The notes under the pieces are model-generated. The model did not search any database, was not told the origin of the DNA, and was given only the letters and a program-made list of their open reading frames with translations. A stretch of 64,000 bases of DNA from Raillietiella orientalis (Eukaryota): positions 2,356,001 to 2,420,000 of the forward strand of contig JAYWIR010000013.1 of the NCBI GenBank assembly GCA_036172245.1, in the 5' to 3' direction. The position numbers and the translations under genes were made by a program. Each line of letters begins with the position of its first letter. Positions within the stretch are counted from its first letter, which is position 1. This document shows positions 1-13,173 of this stretch, in pieces.

Positions 1-3000
1 CCGTCTCCGAGACGGAGGGCGCGTCCTGGAAGTTTTGTCCCGGGGCAAAACAAGGGAAGAGGACGCCTGACGCCCATGCGAAGGAAAGGGCCTGTAAGGA
101 GACACGGTCCCTCTCCTTGCCCTCTCTGCACGACAGCAAGGGGAGGAAGGCGTCTTTCGGGCCCGCGCCGAGGGTAGCCGCTGGCGCGTCCGTCTGTCAG
201 GGGAGGGGTGGCAAGCGCCACGGTCTCCTTCCCGCCTCCTTCTCGAGGCACCCCCCGGGAGAATCCCGGGGGCGTCTCGAGAAGGGAAGCTTAGGGAATC
301 TCCCTGGCACTCTCCGGGTTTCGGACTGGCGACGTTTCCGGCGTCCAGGAAGGCTTTGGCGGTGATGACGAGGAGGAGCCATAGCGAGGGGAAGGAAGAG
401 CTCTCTTGCCCGGGCGGATTTTACATTACAGCACCAGAGCGGCGCTGCTTCCGCGGACCGGCCTGGTTCCACTATGGAAAACCTGCTGCATGGAAGAGGG
501 CAAGGCGCTGCCAGGGAAGGGGTCCGCGCTCCGGAGGGTGCTGGGCCAGGAGTCCTCGGCCCAGCACCTCCGGAGACCTTGGCCGGTCCCTCTTGCTTGA
601 GTACAGCGCGGATGGCCCCGCACCAGCGATCTTTCCGCGGAGGACTCAACCGGATGCAGGGGAGGGGACGGCAAATAGGGGAGCAGGGGGAACGCCCGAG
701 ACATTTCCTCGCATGCGCGCGTTGTCCCCTTCTCCGCTCCCCTCTTCCTCCCCCTCCCGCGCGCCCCCGCCGACGCTGCGCACGCGTCTCCCGCGCTGGG
801 AAACCGAAGGGGAGGGAGAAGGGGGAGGGGGAGGGGAGAAAGGCGCTCGCACGCGAGATGGCCCCGCCCCTACGGCAAACCAGATCAATCGATTCGTCGC
901 GGGGTCGCTGCTGGGCGAGCCTGAGGGGGAAACAGGTCTCCCCGGGGTCACCGTTGGGCGCATCCGGTGCGTGCGTGCGCTCAGCTTCCGTTGGGTGGGG
1001 TTGGGCAGGAAAGGGCGGTGGCGGCCGGCAGGGTTGCTTTCTCTCCCCTCCATTCTCCACTGCCACAAACATCTCTAGTGCGCGTGGGCTGAGCTGCCGC
1101 CTCTTGGGGTATGGCAGGGCACGATTCGCAGGCAGAGAGGGAAGAGGAAGACTGTACGAGGGAGATGGGGGGACTCCTGGTGACCTGCCACTGCACCGAG
1201 AGAAAGCAGCACGTCGGCCTCTGCTCCCGCCAGGCGGGGAACTCCCCCAAGGGGAACGGCGGCGCGAGGCGCCCGACCCCCCCCCCTTCCAGCATCAGGT
1301 GTCGCTAGGGGCCCATCTGACGGCAGGTCGGGCACTCCCAGGCATATCTTTCGCACGTTCTTCCACCTCCCCAAAGGAGGGGGGGGGGGAGAGATCTCTG
1401 CAGCCTCCCAAGAGGAGGGACGCCCTCATGGCGGGGGTGACAGCTGAGTCGCCGACTTGGGACGGACCGGACGGCCTCGGCCACCCCAGAGCATCGCGGC
1501 AGCCGGAAGGCGCTTGCCCTTACTGGCAGACACGGGCGACCCGCACCAGTCCCTCCCCCGGGAATGTGCAGCCGGCCGGGCTGCACCCTACCCACGCAGG
1601 GCGAGGTCGAGCAAGGAGGTCCCCGGATGGCGGCGGGCGGTTTCGCCTTCAATGGCGCTGCGAGGCGCCTCCACAGCCTCCGCGCGGTCCGGAACGGGGA
1701 GGAGGAAGAGCGGAGAGGAAAGGCAGCATCCCCCTGCCGAGGAACTTTCGGGTCACCTAGAGGGGTGGACAACCCCGCATGCCCGGCTGCTCCTCGCTCG
1801 CCGGAGGGCGCATGTGCAGCTCCCCGGCCGTCGACTCCTCCAGCCTCCGTCGCCGCCACTGCTAGCGCGCGCGCGAGATGCAAAGCGGCGCCGCATACGC
1901 GCAGCCTCGCCGCTCTCGTCGTCAGGGAGTGTGGCGACCCGAGACCCGAAAGGCGGCGCAGAACTTCATCCGGACCAGGAGCAGCTCAGAGAAGCAGCCA
2001 TCGTCCCGCGTGGCAGTGGCGGCGGCGGGTCTCCGAGACACCGCGCAGCCCCGGGGGGTGCCCTGGCAACCCTTGGCGCCGCCGCAGGCTCCTCTCCCAC
2101 GACCAGAGGAAGATGGGCGGGCGAAGTGCGAGGCAGCAGGAAGAGGAGGGACTGCCTCCTCTTCTCTTGGAGAACGCAGCGCCATTATCCTTGCGGCGGC
2201 GTGGAACGCCGGGGCGGAGGTCGCGGACGGCAACGGGATCGCTCCCTTCGCGACGCCCGCCGGTTGCACGTGGAGGAGGATAGTGGGAGAGAACTGCGCC
2301 TGCGAGCATGTCTCTCAAGAGGGTGGTGCCTCGGGCAGCAGTCCTCGGGACTGCGGAACGCCATGTTGACCCTTCCCCAACGGGGTCCGTAAACCCGTGC
2401 TTCTCGAATAGCGTCTGCACACGCCGAGCGTCCTCAACGAGGCGCTCGCGGCGACCTCGTCGGACCTAGCCCGGGGGTGGCTTCTTTGGGGTTCAGGGAG
2501 ATCTGACTCCGCTTCCGTGGCCTGCGTGGCCGCCGTGCCACTTCCGAACGCAGTGCCTTCGGGCAGGGGTCAGAGAGCTTCGAGGACACTCCAGAAAAGG
2601 GGGATGACTCCAAGCGCCCACCCTCTGGCCTGGAGAGAAGCGCCTTTCCAAATGGCGTCAGTGGCGCCTTGCCGCTGCCAACGCGTCCGCGGCGCAGAGG
2701 CCCCGCCGGCGCGGCTGTGCAGCTCTCCCGAAGACGCCCGCCGACCTCTTCAGGAAACACTCGAAGACCGCGGGAAGACCTCAAGGCGCGACCCCCCTTC
2801 GGAGGGGCGCAGCGATTGGGCGCCGCCAGCAGGATCCGCACTGGCACAGATGGTCCTCTCCGTGCGCCACAGGCAGGTGGCTCACCCAGCCGAATCGCCA
2901 GGCACGCGGGGACGCCCGCGGATGGCGTGGACGCTGCTGTCCGTGACCCCTGGCGGAAGATGCGGGGCGCGACCTGGGAGAGGGGAGAGGAGAAGCCGCT

Positions 3001-6000
3001 TCCAGGGCAGAGCCGGCTGCTCCGTCTCCGGAGGGCTTACTCCGGTGGCAGGGATTCGTCGTGGCCCTTGGCAGTCCTCGCGGCCGACGGGCGCACAGTT
3101 GCCCTTCCCTTAACTCGCGGCCTCTCGCCGCGGTGAGAACAATCGTCTCTCTCTCTCTCTCTCTTGGGTGCCCTTCCCCCGGGAGCCAATCAGCGAGCGG
3201 GGAGGAGTCCCCGGGGCGGATCGAGCGGCAGGATGTCGCCGACGGCGCCCAGCCCGCCGTCGCGGCCGACTGGCCTGCGCGGGCGTCCGACGCGGAGTGC
3301 CGACCCTTGTCCTCGCGCGCACCTTCGGAGGGTCCGGCCGCGGGTAGGTCATCCAGGGCGAGAGAGGTCAGCCCTTCGCGCCGAGGGAGTGGGGTCTCGA
3401 CCGCCCCGGATGGCGCGCGCGAGGCTTCAGCGGCAGGAGAAGGGCCCGGGGAGAGGAGCACAAGGGAGGCAAAGACGCGGGAAGAGCCGCGTAAAGGAGA
3501 AGAGAGCAATGGGGGGGAGGGAGGAGGAAGCAGCAAACTCTCAAGGAAGCGTGAAGAAAAGGCTCGCGAGCGTGGGGACCGAAGAGGAACGCAGCAGACG
3601 GGGAAGGGTCGGCGGGTGCGCAGGGATGCTCCCGTGTGGGTTTTCGAGGCCGCAGCTCCAGAGGCGGCCAGGGCCGAGGTGTCCGGGTCGTGGAAGGGGT
3701 GGCCCGGGTCGGTCTCTGCGCGCCCCGGTGCAAACGCGTCCCCACCTTTCCTCCTACCGAAAGACACCCCCAGGGTTCGTTCTTCGAAGGGGGAGGCAAG
3801 CAGGCAGTCGGCCGGTTCACGGGTCAGCACGGGTCGCGTGCCGCCTGGTAGCGACGCAACAGGCACCGCGGGGCGCCAGTTTCGCCGCTTCGGCAGGGCG
3901 GTCGTCAGCTGCGTAGGAAAGGAAACTGGTCGACGGGAACCGCCACCCGGATCGAAAGTGCCGTGATGAGGGCAGGGACGGGGGGAGACTGGGTGGAACT
4001 CTGGCGGCGGTGCTCCCTCCTGCTCAAAATGGCACGAAGTGGGATTTCCCGCCCTGCATGACCTCGAAGCGGTCCGAAGGGGTGTCGGAGCGAAGGCGCG
4101 AGGGTGCTGTCCCGAGGGCGGAGCGCCCTTCCTCCGGGGGCCAAGTGGCGCACAGAGCCGCCGAGGAAAGAGGGGAGGGGAATCTCCCCTCCATCTCCCC
4201 CTCCCACTCGAAAAACGAACAGACGGAGCCACGAGGATTCCCATCTGTCGCGCACGAAGGATAGGCAGCGGCCTCCAAGGGGACGTCCCCTGAGGCTGAG
4301 CCAATCTCCTGTCTTCGGAAGCGCGCCCTTGCGGTTCCTCGGCCGGAGTCGGAGGGCCTCGAGCGCCTCCCTCACTGGCGGAAGCGGATGCCAGAAAGGC
4401 ATCCTTTTGTTCCTCTTCCCGCCTCCTGCCAGTCAAAGACCGTAGCCAAGGACCACGGCGTGCTGCCGCGGATGGGTCAGCTGACGACCGAGCCCCGTCT
4501 GCAGGCAGCCGTCCCGTCACAGTGGCGAGGCGATCCATCTTCCCCGTAGACCACCGCCGTGCATGCTCGAGCAACGGTGTCTCCTCTCGCGACTGCGGGG
4601 CACCGCCACCTGCTGCGTTTTAGCGGAGCTGTAGCCTGGTGCCGTGCTCGCGAGCGGAAACCTTTCGCCTCGCCCGTCGCTTTTGCCCGGGGCTCTACCT
4701 CGACCCTCGTCAGCAGAGCAAGCTGACTCGGCTATCCTGGTAACCGGAAGGAAACGCCGTAGGGCGACAACGGACCATCCATGAAGCCGTGCGCTCCACG
4801 CGTCCGTTCATCCTTTCTGCCTCGCTCGCCTCTCGTCGGCTGCCGTGTTCCCCTCAGCGCCCCGCGACGCATCGACTGGGCGCAGCCGTCGCTCACGCAC
4901 TGCCGTGCAACCCACTGGACCCAGTCGTTTTCGTCTGCTCGCCGGAAGGATGCCCGGACCGCGCGCACTCGGCTCACGTGTCGGCAGCCGCTTGCCCCCA
5001 GGGGCACTCGTGATCCTCGGGTTCGAACGTGACGTGAGGCGTGACGTGCGGCGGATGCTGCACGTGGAGGGCGGGTCGCGTCTCATTCGGGCGTCCTTGC
5101 GATCGTCACGCTAGCGTCCCCCAAGCCCGCTCCACTCACGTGCGCCTCGCGCCCGTGCCGCGGGACGCCGGCCTGCCCCGTCGACAGGAGCGACAGACTC
5201 GCTGTCTCGGCAATGCGGGCGGGCGGGCGGTGGAGTGCGCCCGCTATGCCGAGACGGCGCGCGCCCTCCGCTGCCGACGACGCGGGGGCAGAAAAATTCT
5301 CTGAGGGACGAAGCGCTGTACACTCGACAGAGGACCCTGCGCGTGTACACGCGCGTCTGGACAATGCCAGGGCGCCTGGCAATGACTGCGGGAGACTGCC
5401 TCCACAGTCTTTCGGTGCCTAGCGGGTTGCCGTGGAGCACTGGATCTCCTCCTTCCCGCAGAAGGCACATCTGTCGCGAGGGTGGCTCGTGTGCCCTTAC
5501 TTTCCGCTCGCCACCGACTTGCGCGTGGCGCGCGTCGGTGCGCATTTCACACGTGCCCGAGGTACCACCCAGGCGTCTCAGCAGGTGGTGGCTGCGCAAA
5601 GCGCGCGGCGGCGGCGACGGGTTCTGCCTGCCGAGGAGAGACCGACAGAGAGGAGGCAATCCTGCATCATTCCTGGGAAGGGCGCCTCCCGAGACGGCCC
5701 TCTAGAATGCGCAGGTTCGCACTGCGGGGTTCTCCGGCACTAGTGGCGCGCATCTGGAGTGTCCGGGGAAAGACCGCCTGAGTTCCCGAGCCGCTCCCTT
5801 TCCAGAGAGAGAGACAAGAAGGAGAGATGGGCAGGGTGTCCCCTTCTCCGTGGCTTAGCGCCCAGGAGAAACAAGGCGAGAAGCAGTTGGGAAGACGGAA
5901 GACTTTCGTGGAGCGCACGCGTGTCCCTCCCTGGAGGAGGTTGAGGGGAAAGAGCACTCGGAGGAGGGCGCAGGGAGCAGCCACGAGGAGCCGTGACCTG

Positions 6001-8449
6001 CAGCACCTCGGTAGAGAACGCTAGCGTCCCTCCCCTTCAGGCGCTCGCGGATATGCAGCGCGGGTGGTGGACGGCTCTGTCACGCTTCCCGGTCGCCCAG
6101 GGATTCTGCGGTTTCCAGCGAGCGAGGCGTCCTGGCCGGCCGGAAGGTCTTCGCCTAACCTCTGTGGGACTGCACTCCTGGTGCTTTAATGAAGAGTCCC
6201 ATCCTCGGTCGGTCGGTAGGGACCTTCCCCACGCTGACGCACCCGGCAGCGAAACGAGTGCTTCCCAGCGACGCCCTCCGGGAGCCCTCTCGGTATAGAA
6301 GAGGTGGAAAGGCACGGGGCAGAGAAAACGAGTCCCCGAATGAGGACCGGGCGCTAGACTCTCCTCCGAGAGACCTCTCGGCATACGGACGGGAGCTCCC
6401 GTCCCTCCCTCCCTGTCCGAATCCTACCGTGGCAAGGCGCATGCGTCAATACGCGGCGCTCACGCATTCCCCCGGGCGCCCGTCTGCTCTCGCAACCACC
6501 GGGCCACGGACTGCCTGCCAGTCTGCCCGTCATCCATCACTCCATCAGGCCACCAGTGGGCAGAGGGGTGGCGAAGAATGTGGGGGGGGAGCACCGATGC
6601 CGAGCCAGGGATCCCTCCGCTACCGCCGTCACCAGCGCAAGGTGAAGCACAACCCGATGGAGGCGGTGGAGATGCGGGAAGGCGCCCGCGGCGAAGCACG
6701 GGGCACGCAAAGCAATCTGCAGTGACCTCGCAACAGTGTCTTTTCTCTCGCCCCTGCTCCCTCTATAGTCTCTGGGGGATGCGCCATCCCATTAGCAAAG
6801 CAGCGGAGGTCACCCAGTGGGGTCTCTGCACATCCCCGTGCGCCTACGTGGCAACTCCCCATCGGACGCGTCCAGAGGAGTCCCCAGACAACGCACTTTC
6901 GGGAGGAGCAGGGGGTGATCGACGCGGAGGAGGTGGATGGAAAGGGTGCGAGCAGCCGGAAGCCAAAGGGCCCTGCGTCTTCGCGGGGTGCTTGGGAAGG
7001 GCGAGTCCGTTTTGCGGCAACAGCGTCCCAGCGCCAGGGAGAGTCGCTAGTTCAATTGTTTGCTCTTTTTTGCTTGCTACCCCTTCCCTGTCATCCACTC
7101 CTTAATGCTCTCCCCAAACCCGACCCCCGCGCTGCGTGTTCACTGATTCCCCGCAGATGAACGTCCTAAGTTCTACTCCTAGAGTGGACGAATGGAATTG
7201 TCGAAGTCAACAGTTGCGGTCATTTGCTAACGAAAAAAGGAGGGACGCGAACTCCACAGAGGGCACCACTTGAGAGGGGGACGACATGAATAATCAGGGA
7301 GGTGGGAAGGACCTCGTGATCATCGCGACCACGATCCCGAGAAACGGGGTGGCTGGGGAAGGGAAAAGGGAGTGCTGACGCCGATTGGGTCCCCAGCTTG
7401 CATGCACCTGTCCCGAGGCGCCATTTCGTCATTTGGGGGCCGTTCCGGGGACACGTTCCCGGGCATCGGTGGCTGCGAGGGACTCCCTCGGATGGCGGTT
7501 GCACGCTGCAGGGCGGTGCGGAGGATCGAGGAGGACAGGAGTCCCGATCCCATCTTTCTGGGACGACAGGAGAACGACAGCGAAGGGAAGAGAGACTCCA
7601 TTCCGCCTTGGACTCCAACTTCTGCTCTCATGTGGCAGGAGATGGGTAGAAAGGGAACCACACAGCTACGCCCGAAGAATAGGAGCCCTTCCCTAGAGGG
7701 AGACATCATCGTTTGCGCCGGCGCGTCCTGCTGTGGGTGCGGCGTCTGCGAGCACCTACTTGGTGGAGGTGCTCCGCACGGATGCGCAGACACATTCCTG
7801 GGGAGGGCCAAGCACCTTGTCATCCGCAAGACGGCTATGGGACTGCGAGCGCGGAAGGACGCAAGCGAGTGGATCGGTACACAATTCGAGTTTTCCCTGG
7901 GGATCCCAGAAAAGTCTCACCACCTTTTCTGGTCTTTGGGGAATCCTCGGGAAACCTCCTTTCCATTCCTTGCATCCATTTCTCGGTCTCATGCTCTCGC
8001 CCCCCTCCCTCTTCTCTCGATGAAGTAACCAGGAAATCCTCCATCTCAACCCCGGGGTCACTGGAGACGAGAGGGCTGGCCCACGAAGAGAAGCACTGAA
8101 GTCCTCGGACCCGCATTGGATTATGTCTGGCCTTTTCTTAAAAACGAATTTTTTTCGTCCATCTTTCTGGGATGACCGAGGAACAAAGGTCATTCCGCTG
8201 AAGTCAGTGCACAACGCAAGCCGTCTTCCTGGAGTTTCGTGCCACTTCCGCATCCGAAAGCGGACGCGCAGATGACAGTCGGCAAGAAGGAGCAGTGAAG
8301 GCATAGACCGTTGGTTTGGGGGAGGGAAGGGGGCATTTCGCACGTGATCCCGGGAGTCTTTCAGGGGAACTTCAGCTTTCCCTTGCTTGAAGGAAGAATA
8401 AGTGGCTCCTTCGGAAAGGTCAGGGGATCCTCAAGCACGTCACGCTGTT

Positions 8450-9470
8450 GCCGGATGGAAGCCGTTCAGGAATGGAGCAGCGCAGCCTCTCTTGATCCCC
8501 ACAAATCCAGAGCGTGCCTTCCCCGTTTTCCACGCTCAGAAGCTTCCTACCGATCCCCTCGCACCCCATCTCCTCCCACTCGGCGGTCTTCAGGATGCGT
8601 CGCTATCCATGCACAGGATGTGGCTGTCGGAAGGACGAGACGATCCCACCTTCATCCGGAAGTCTACGAGCACGCGACGGGTGCACTGTCGGCCCTCCCA
8701 AGGTCTTCCATGAAACGAATCCCCGGCGGCACGCTTGTCCCCATCCGGTAAGAATCCTGCCGCCTGGTTGCTCCGTCCTTGAAAGCCATAGGGCGATCCC
8801 GGTACTCATCGTGCTGTCCGACCCGCAAGTTCTTCCTGGGGGCTTTCCTGAGCGGAGTTCACAGCTAAGTCCAGTCCTCCTCCCACGCCTCGATCTCCGA
8901 CCTCTCTTGCCTGCCCTCCCTGAGGGCTGTCGAGTGTCATCAGCAAGGTAGCTGCCTAGACAGGGAGCCTACATCTCTCCTGCCCGATCTTTCGCTCTGC
9001 AACGTGCGCGGGAGCGTTCAGCCCTCCTGATCGCTGGGAACAGGGCGTTAAAGCCGTTGGGGGAGGAAGAATGGAAGAGGGAAGTAAGCAGCAGCCCCCT
9101 TCCGCTTCGCAGTTCCCCTTTCCTGGCCCCACCCATCCCCCTCCTCCTCAAACGCCCGCCGCCAGATGGACCGAGGAAGCAGTCGTGCGGGTCACATGTC
9201 TGAGTCAGGTTCTTCCACCAACAAACTCGACTCGAGGCTCTCCGTCACGCGGACCGCCAGCAGCTTCCAAGAGGGAAGAGGGAGTATCGCGCAGTAGGTT
9301 CTCTTCTCAAGCGAGTACATCCGGTCCAGTCAGGAGTCCGCTTTTCAGCTTGGAACCATTCTTGCTGGGAGGTTTCCTGCTCTACCTGCGTTTCTTCTGA
9401 GCACCGGCTAACCACCACGAAACAGCATCGGTCATATCCACTTTCCTTCTCAGGCATCACCACGAATAGG
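8450..9470 (-). mobile_element. Heavily decayed non-LTR retrotransposon (RTE-like) reverse-transcriptase relic
   Basis: Motif remnants in RT order across frames: QQEWFQAEKRTPD (Q.GF...T.D), KGELRSG..LTSLF (GxRQG..SP.LF), YLADD at 8936-8950, GL.VN, RILTGW. Many stops and frameshifts. Confidence 0.45.
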
Positions 9471-10499
9471 GTTTCAGCTCACCATGGGAGCGTGATTCCT
9501 CTTGAACTCATCTTTTCCTTCTTTTGCTACCTCTGAGCATCCTACTGGTGCGGAATCAAGTTGCTGACGGCTTCCAGGAGGAAGCATCCAGTAAATCCTT
9601 GACACGTTACAGGTCAAGTGGGATGTGGGGATCAAAGAATGCCATCGATCTCTGAATCCTGGCGAGAAAAGCTGGAATCCCCGAGGGAACTCTTATCCGG
9701 GAGCACGAAAGCGGAATTTCTGAAAGAGAGGAGCTGACTGCCGCTACTTTCCTTTCTTCAGACTTTGGCGACTCGTGGAAGCCAGGACTTTCTCTGAAGT
9801 ATCACGGCTAAACAGGAGAGATGGAGGCGTCGGGATGCTGCGTGACACACTACGTTCCGCGCTAAAGGATGCCTCTTTCTCTCGGACTTGGTCTGCTCCC
9901 AAACAGAAGCTGCTGGTCTCCTGTAGGAGCCCTCCTGTAGCCGTTGGAGTCTTTGCTTAAATCTCGGCCGTTTCAGGGGATCGGAAGCCTGGAACAGAAA
10001 AGCACCTGTCCATCTTTTTCCTGCTTTTTCAGTATCCAGACGAGTCCGCCTCTGCGCCCGCAGAAGCCTTCGTCTCTTTAGAGAAAGAGTGATTGCAAAA
10101 TTCACGATTTTGTGACTGTGTTTTCTTCGCTTTGTTTTTGAAGTGGTTTTCGCCTAATGTTGAGTTCATTTTTGACTTTCTGTTCCTCGATGCTCTTTTT
10201 TTTTTAAAAAAAAGAGAAAAAAAGGAAAGCGAGAGATTGTCCTTTGTCCTCTTTGCCAGATGATATCGGGAGTTTGAGTAACCACATTGAATCAAAAAGA
10301 AATAGAGACAAACACAAGAGGGACGGTTTTCTCTACTGCTACTAAATCCACTGATGAATCAACAAAAGAAACGAAAAGAAAATCCCTTTGTACACATACT
10401 CACATTCCGTACATACGCATACTTTTGAAATGACCTGTCTTGCTCGCAAGAGCGGAATCCTCCGCTTCGGATAGCAACGGATATTTCCTCCGTAGATGG

Positions 10500-11420
10500 A
10501 TAAGCGGCTCTGCGGTAAGATGCAAACCAACTGCGAGCAGGTAGAAGAAAGAGCACAGCTTTTCCTCAAGGATAGGAGAAATCGAAGTGCAAGTGAATGG
10601 GGTGCGGTACACGAAAAATCGATCCTTTTTATCAGACGCATCCAGCATTGCTCCCGCATCCCGGTCAACCTGGAGCGACGCAAGGATTCCCCGTTCTCAC
10701 GAACACGTCCGTAATATTTTGAAACAGACCGGAAAGCGAGCAGTGATAAATCTGAATGATTTCAGGGAGGAGAGCGTGAATCGTGTACGGAAGGTCTGTT
10801 GATGATTTCACGTACCCGGATCCGCCGCTTGTACAAGGAATGCGATCAATCTCGGTGTCTCTGGGAAATCCTTCGGCCGTTTCCACTTCTTTGCGCATCC
10901 TGGTCCAAACTCGCTCACGCACCACGTCTTCCTGGGTTGCCTTCCCATGCCAACCGCACGGCATTCGGTGCGTTTTCTGTTCTGCTTCACTCCTTCACAC
11001 GAAGAATACGAAAAGGAAAAAGTCGAGGAGGGCGGTGGTTCTCCGGAGGCTCGCGAACCGAATGACGGCGACCAACGCTGCAAGACCCTGGACGGGCTCA
11101 AATATAGATCCAGCAATGGCACCCGTAGGCTACTTCGGACCCAAAGTTTGGGGATGCTGGGAACGCTTTGAATGTTGTGCACTTTGACTTTTCGCACTCG
11201 CGTACAGAGTCACGCTGTAAACATATCCGGAAGTGTTTTCAAGCCACGTGAAAAGCATCAGATAGTAAGGTGCATCTTTTTTTCTTTAAGGAAACAAAAA
11301 GTGGAGGCGGACACTTCTAGGTGTGCTGGGCAGGGAGAAGCGTGTAGGTTGGCTCGCCGACATCGCACGTTCACGATAATTCTGTGCATACACGTGCATG
11401 TGTTCTTGATGGACGTGGCG
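10500..11420 (+). mobile_element. Decayed RTE-like LINE relic (RT C-terminal part)
   Basis: VDDFTY (10798-10815, compare VxxFxYLGS), LRRLANRMTATNAARPWTGSNI (compare RRIA.A......W.S..I), YFGPKVW...RFECC (compare YG.E.W...FE..C). Confidence 0.45.
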
Positions 11421-12919
11421 TCTGCCGTAGGAACTTGCAGGATTGGCGGCTGAGATCACCGGCGATTCTGAGCTGGAATTAGGATTCACAGCTTCTCATT
11501 CTAGCTGGTAACCAGCAAGGCCGTGGAGAAAAGCAGCAGGATGCTTGGGGTTTTCTTCGGCTTGCTCTGAAGGCGAACTCCACAGAACCAAAACGCCGCC
11601 AAAGGCGAAAAACAAACGCGGAACAAAGCTGAAAAGACGAAGAGGCAAGGTCCGAGTTTTTTCCTGCTACGTTTCGTTTCGATTTTGGTTCTCTTTGAGA
11701 ACACTGAAAGACTCACTGGATTAAGGAGTCCGAAATCGGGGATGAAAGCAGCATAGGGAAGGCGAAGAAACGTCGCACTGAGCAAGCTGGGCTTCAGGCG
11801 ATGCGGCGTTTAAACGGCAAAGCGACCGGGTCGCTTTTCCGAACCTCCGTCAGAAGAATGCGACGGACGGAGCCGGGGCAAGCGAACTCAGGGAAGCGTG
11901 GGGCGTTTCTGGGAGATTCAGGATGCCCCAGATGCGTTCGGTGTCCATCAGAGGCAAGAAAAGGAGAAAGTCAAACAAAAGAGGAGGAGGAGCAGGAGAG
12001 AGGGGGGAGGGGAGATTGAGGAAGCGAGAAAAAAAGGAACAGGGAAGCCTCATAAAGCCTGCACAGCACCGTCGAAGTGCGCACCACGGGATGCGGGGCT
12101 TCCATCCGTTCCTGTTTGCTGCGGCTGTTTCGAGAGGGTGAAGGGGGATCATTTGGAAACAAACCGATGCGCCCGCGGGAGAAATGAAATTACCGAGCTC
12201 CCCCTTCCGTCGAGAGCCACAACCGGCAACGGTCGGCGAAAGGAGCGAGAGGAGGGGGAGGGACGGTCCAGGGATGTCACCAACTCGTTCAAAGGAGAAA
12301 CCCAGCGGTCCCTGAGCCCAGCCTTCCCGTTCCTTTAGTTTCTGAGCCGACTTGTTGCCTTCGCGTGATGATGGCTGCGGCATTCTCTGACCCCATTCTA
12401 TCTCTTCGCTGCCTGCGGAATGGAACGCGTGGATCCCCCACAACAGGTGCTACAACTGCGAAAAAGTTCACTAAGCAGACTCCGGACGGAGGGGAGGGAG
12501 GGTGGAAAGGAAGGAAGGATCCCTCCTGCTGGACAGGAACGTGGGAAGGCGGAAGAGAAGGCTGGAAAGGAAGAGGAGGAAGCGGAGAGCGCTCCGGGTG
12601 TGCCTGGCCCCAGCGGAGATCCTGGCGCCATCCGGGCTCAGGCTGGCTGATCTCGGGTTCCCTCGCGGGGCTCTCTCTCCTGGAGCGGATCTGCCTACCC
12701 GGCAGCGTGCGGCTCTCTCCCGCGGGAGCGCGGATCGAACGGCGTCTCCTCGCCGACGCCGCCACGAAGGAGCAGAGGTACTCCGAGGCGTGGCCATCTC
12801 CGCGGTACTCCGCCGGTGCGGCATCCCCATTGGTCGGCTTTCCCCGCGTTCGATTCCCAGCTAGCCGGAGAGGAGGGAGAGAGGGTTCCCGTCTCCCTCC
12901 GGCTGCGCGGGAGCCTCTC

Positions 12920-12937
12920 CGCGCGCGCGCGCGCGCG
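12920..12937. repeat. (CG)9 tract upstream of the Lim3 start
   Basis: Perfect alternating CG run about 130 nt before the ATG at 13065. Confidence 0.9.
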
Positions 12938-13064
12938 TGCGGGACGGCGCAGGTTCCTTCCCCGTGCGGAATCACACGCGGGATTCGCCTTTCGAATGCT
13001 CCCGGAAGAAGAGACCGCGGCAGGCACTCGCCCGTGAAAGGCTCCCGGCGTTGACCCCCTGCGG

Positions 13065-13173
13065 ATGACTTCCGTGACGACGCTGCTCAAGTCGGCTCGC
13101 GGTCCGGCCGACGGCGCAGCCCCGGACCCGGAGATGCTCCTGGCCCTGCTGTCTCGCAGCAAGGCCCTCGAAG
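13065..13173 (+). CDS. Lim3: Lim3 coding exon 1 ([36 protein letters not shown])
   Basis: ATG at 13065. The [12 protein letters not shown] motif resembles the Lim3/LHX3b N-terminus. Phase-1 donor G|GTGGG joins in frame to the exon at 19910. Confidence 0.8.

Noticed and set aside
2781..4574. 597-aa minus-strand ORF and many other long overlapping ORFs in 1-25 kb and 47-64 kb
   Set aside because: Arg/Gly/Pro/Ala-rich, open in several frames on both strands, with no recognisable domain. This is expected from stop-codon scarcity at very high GC.
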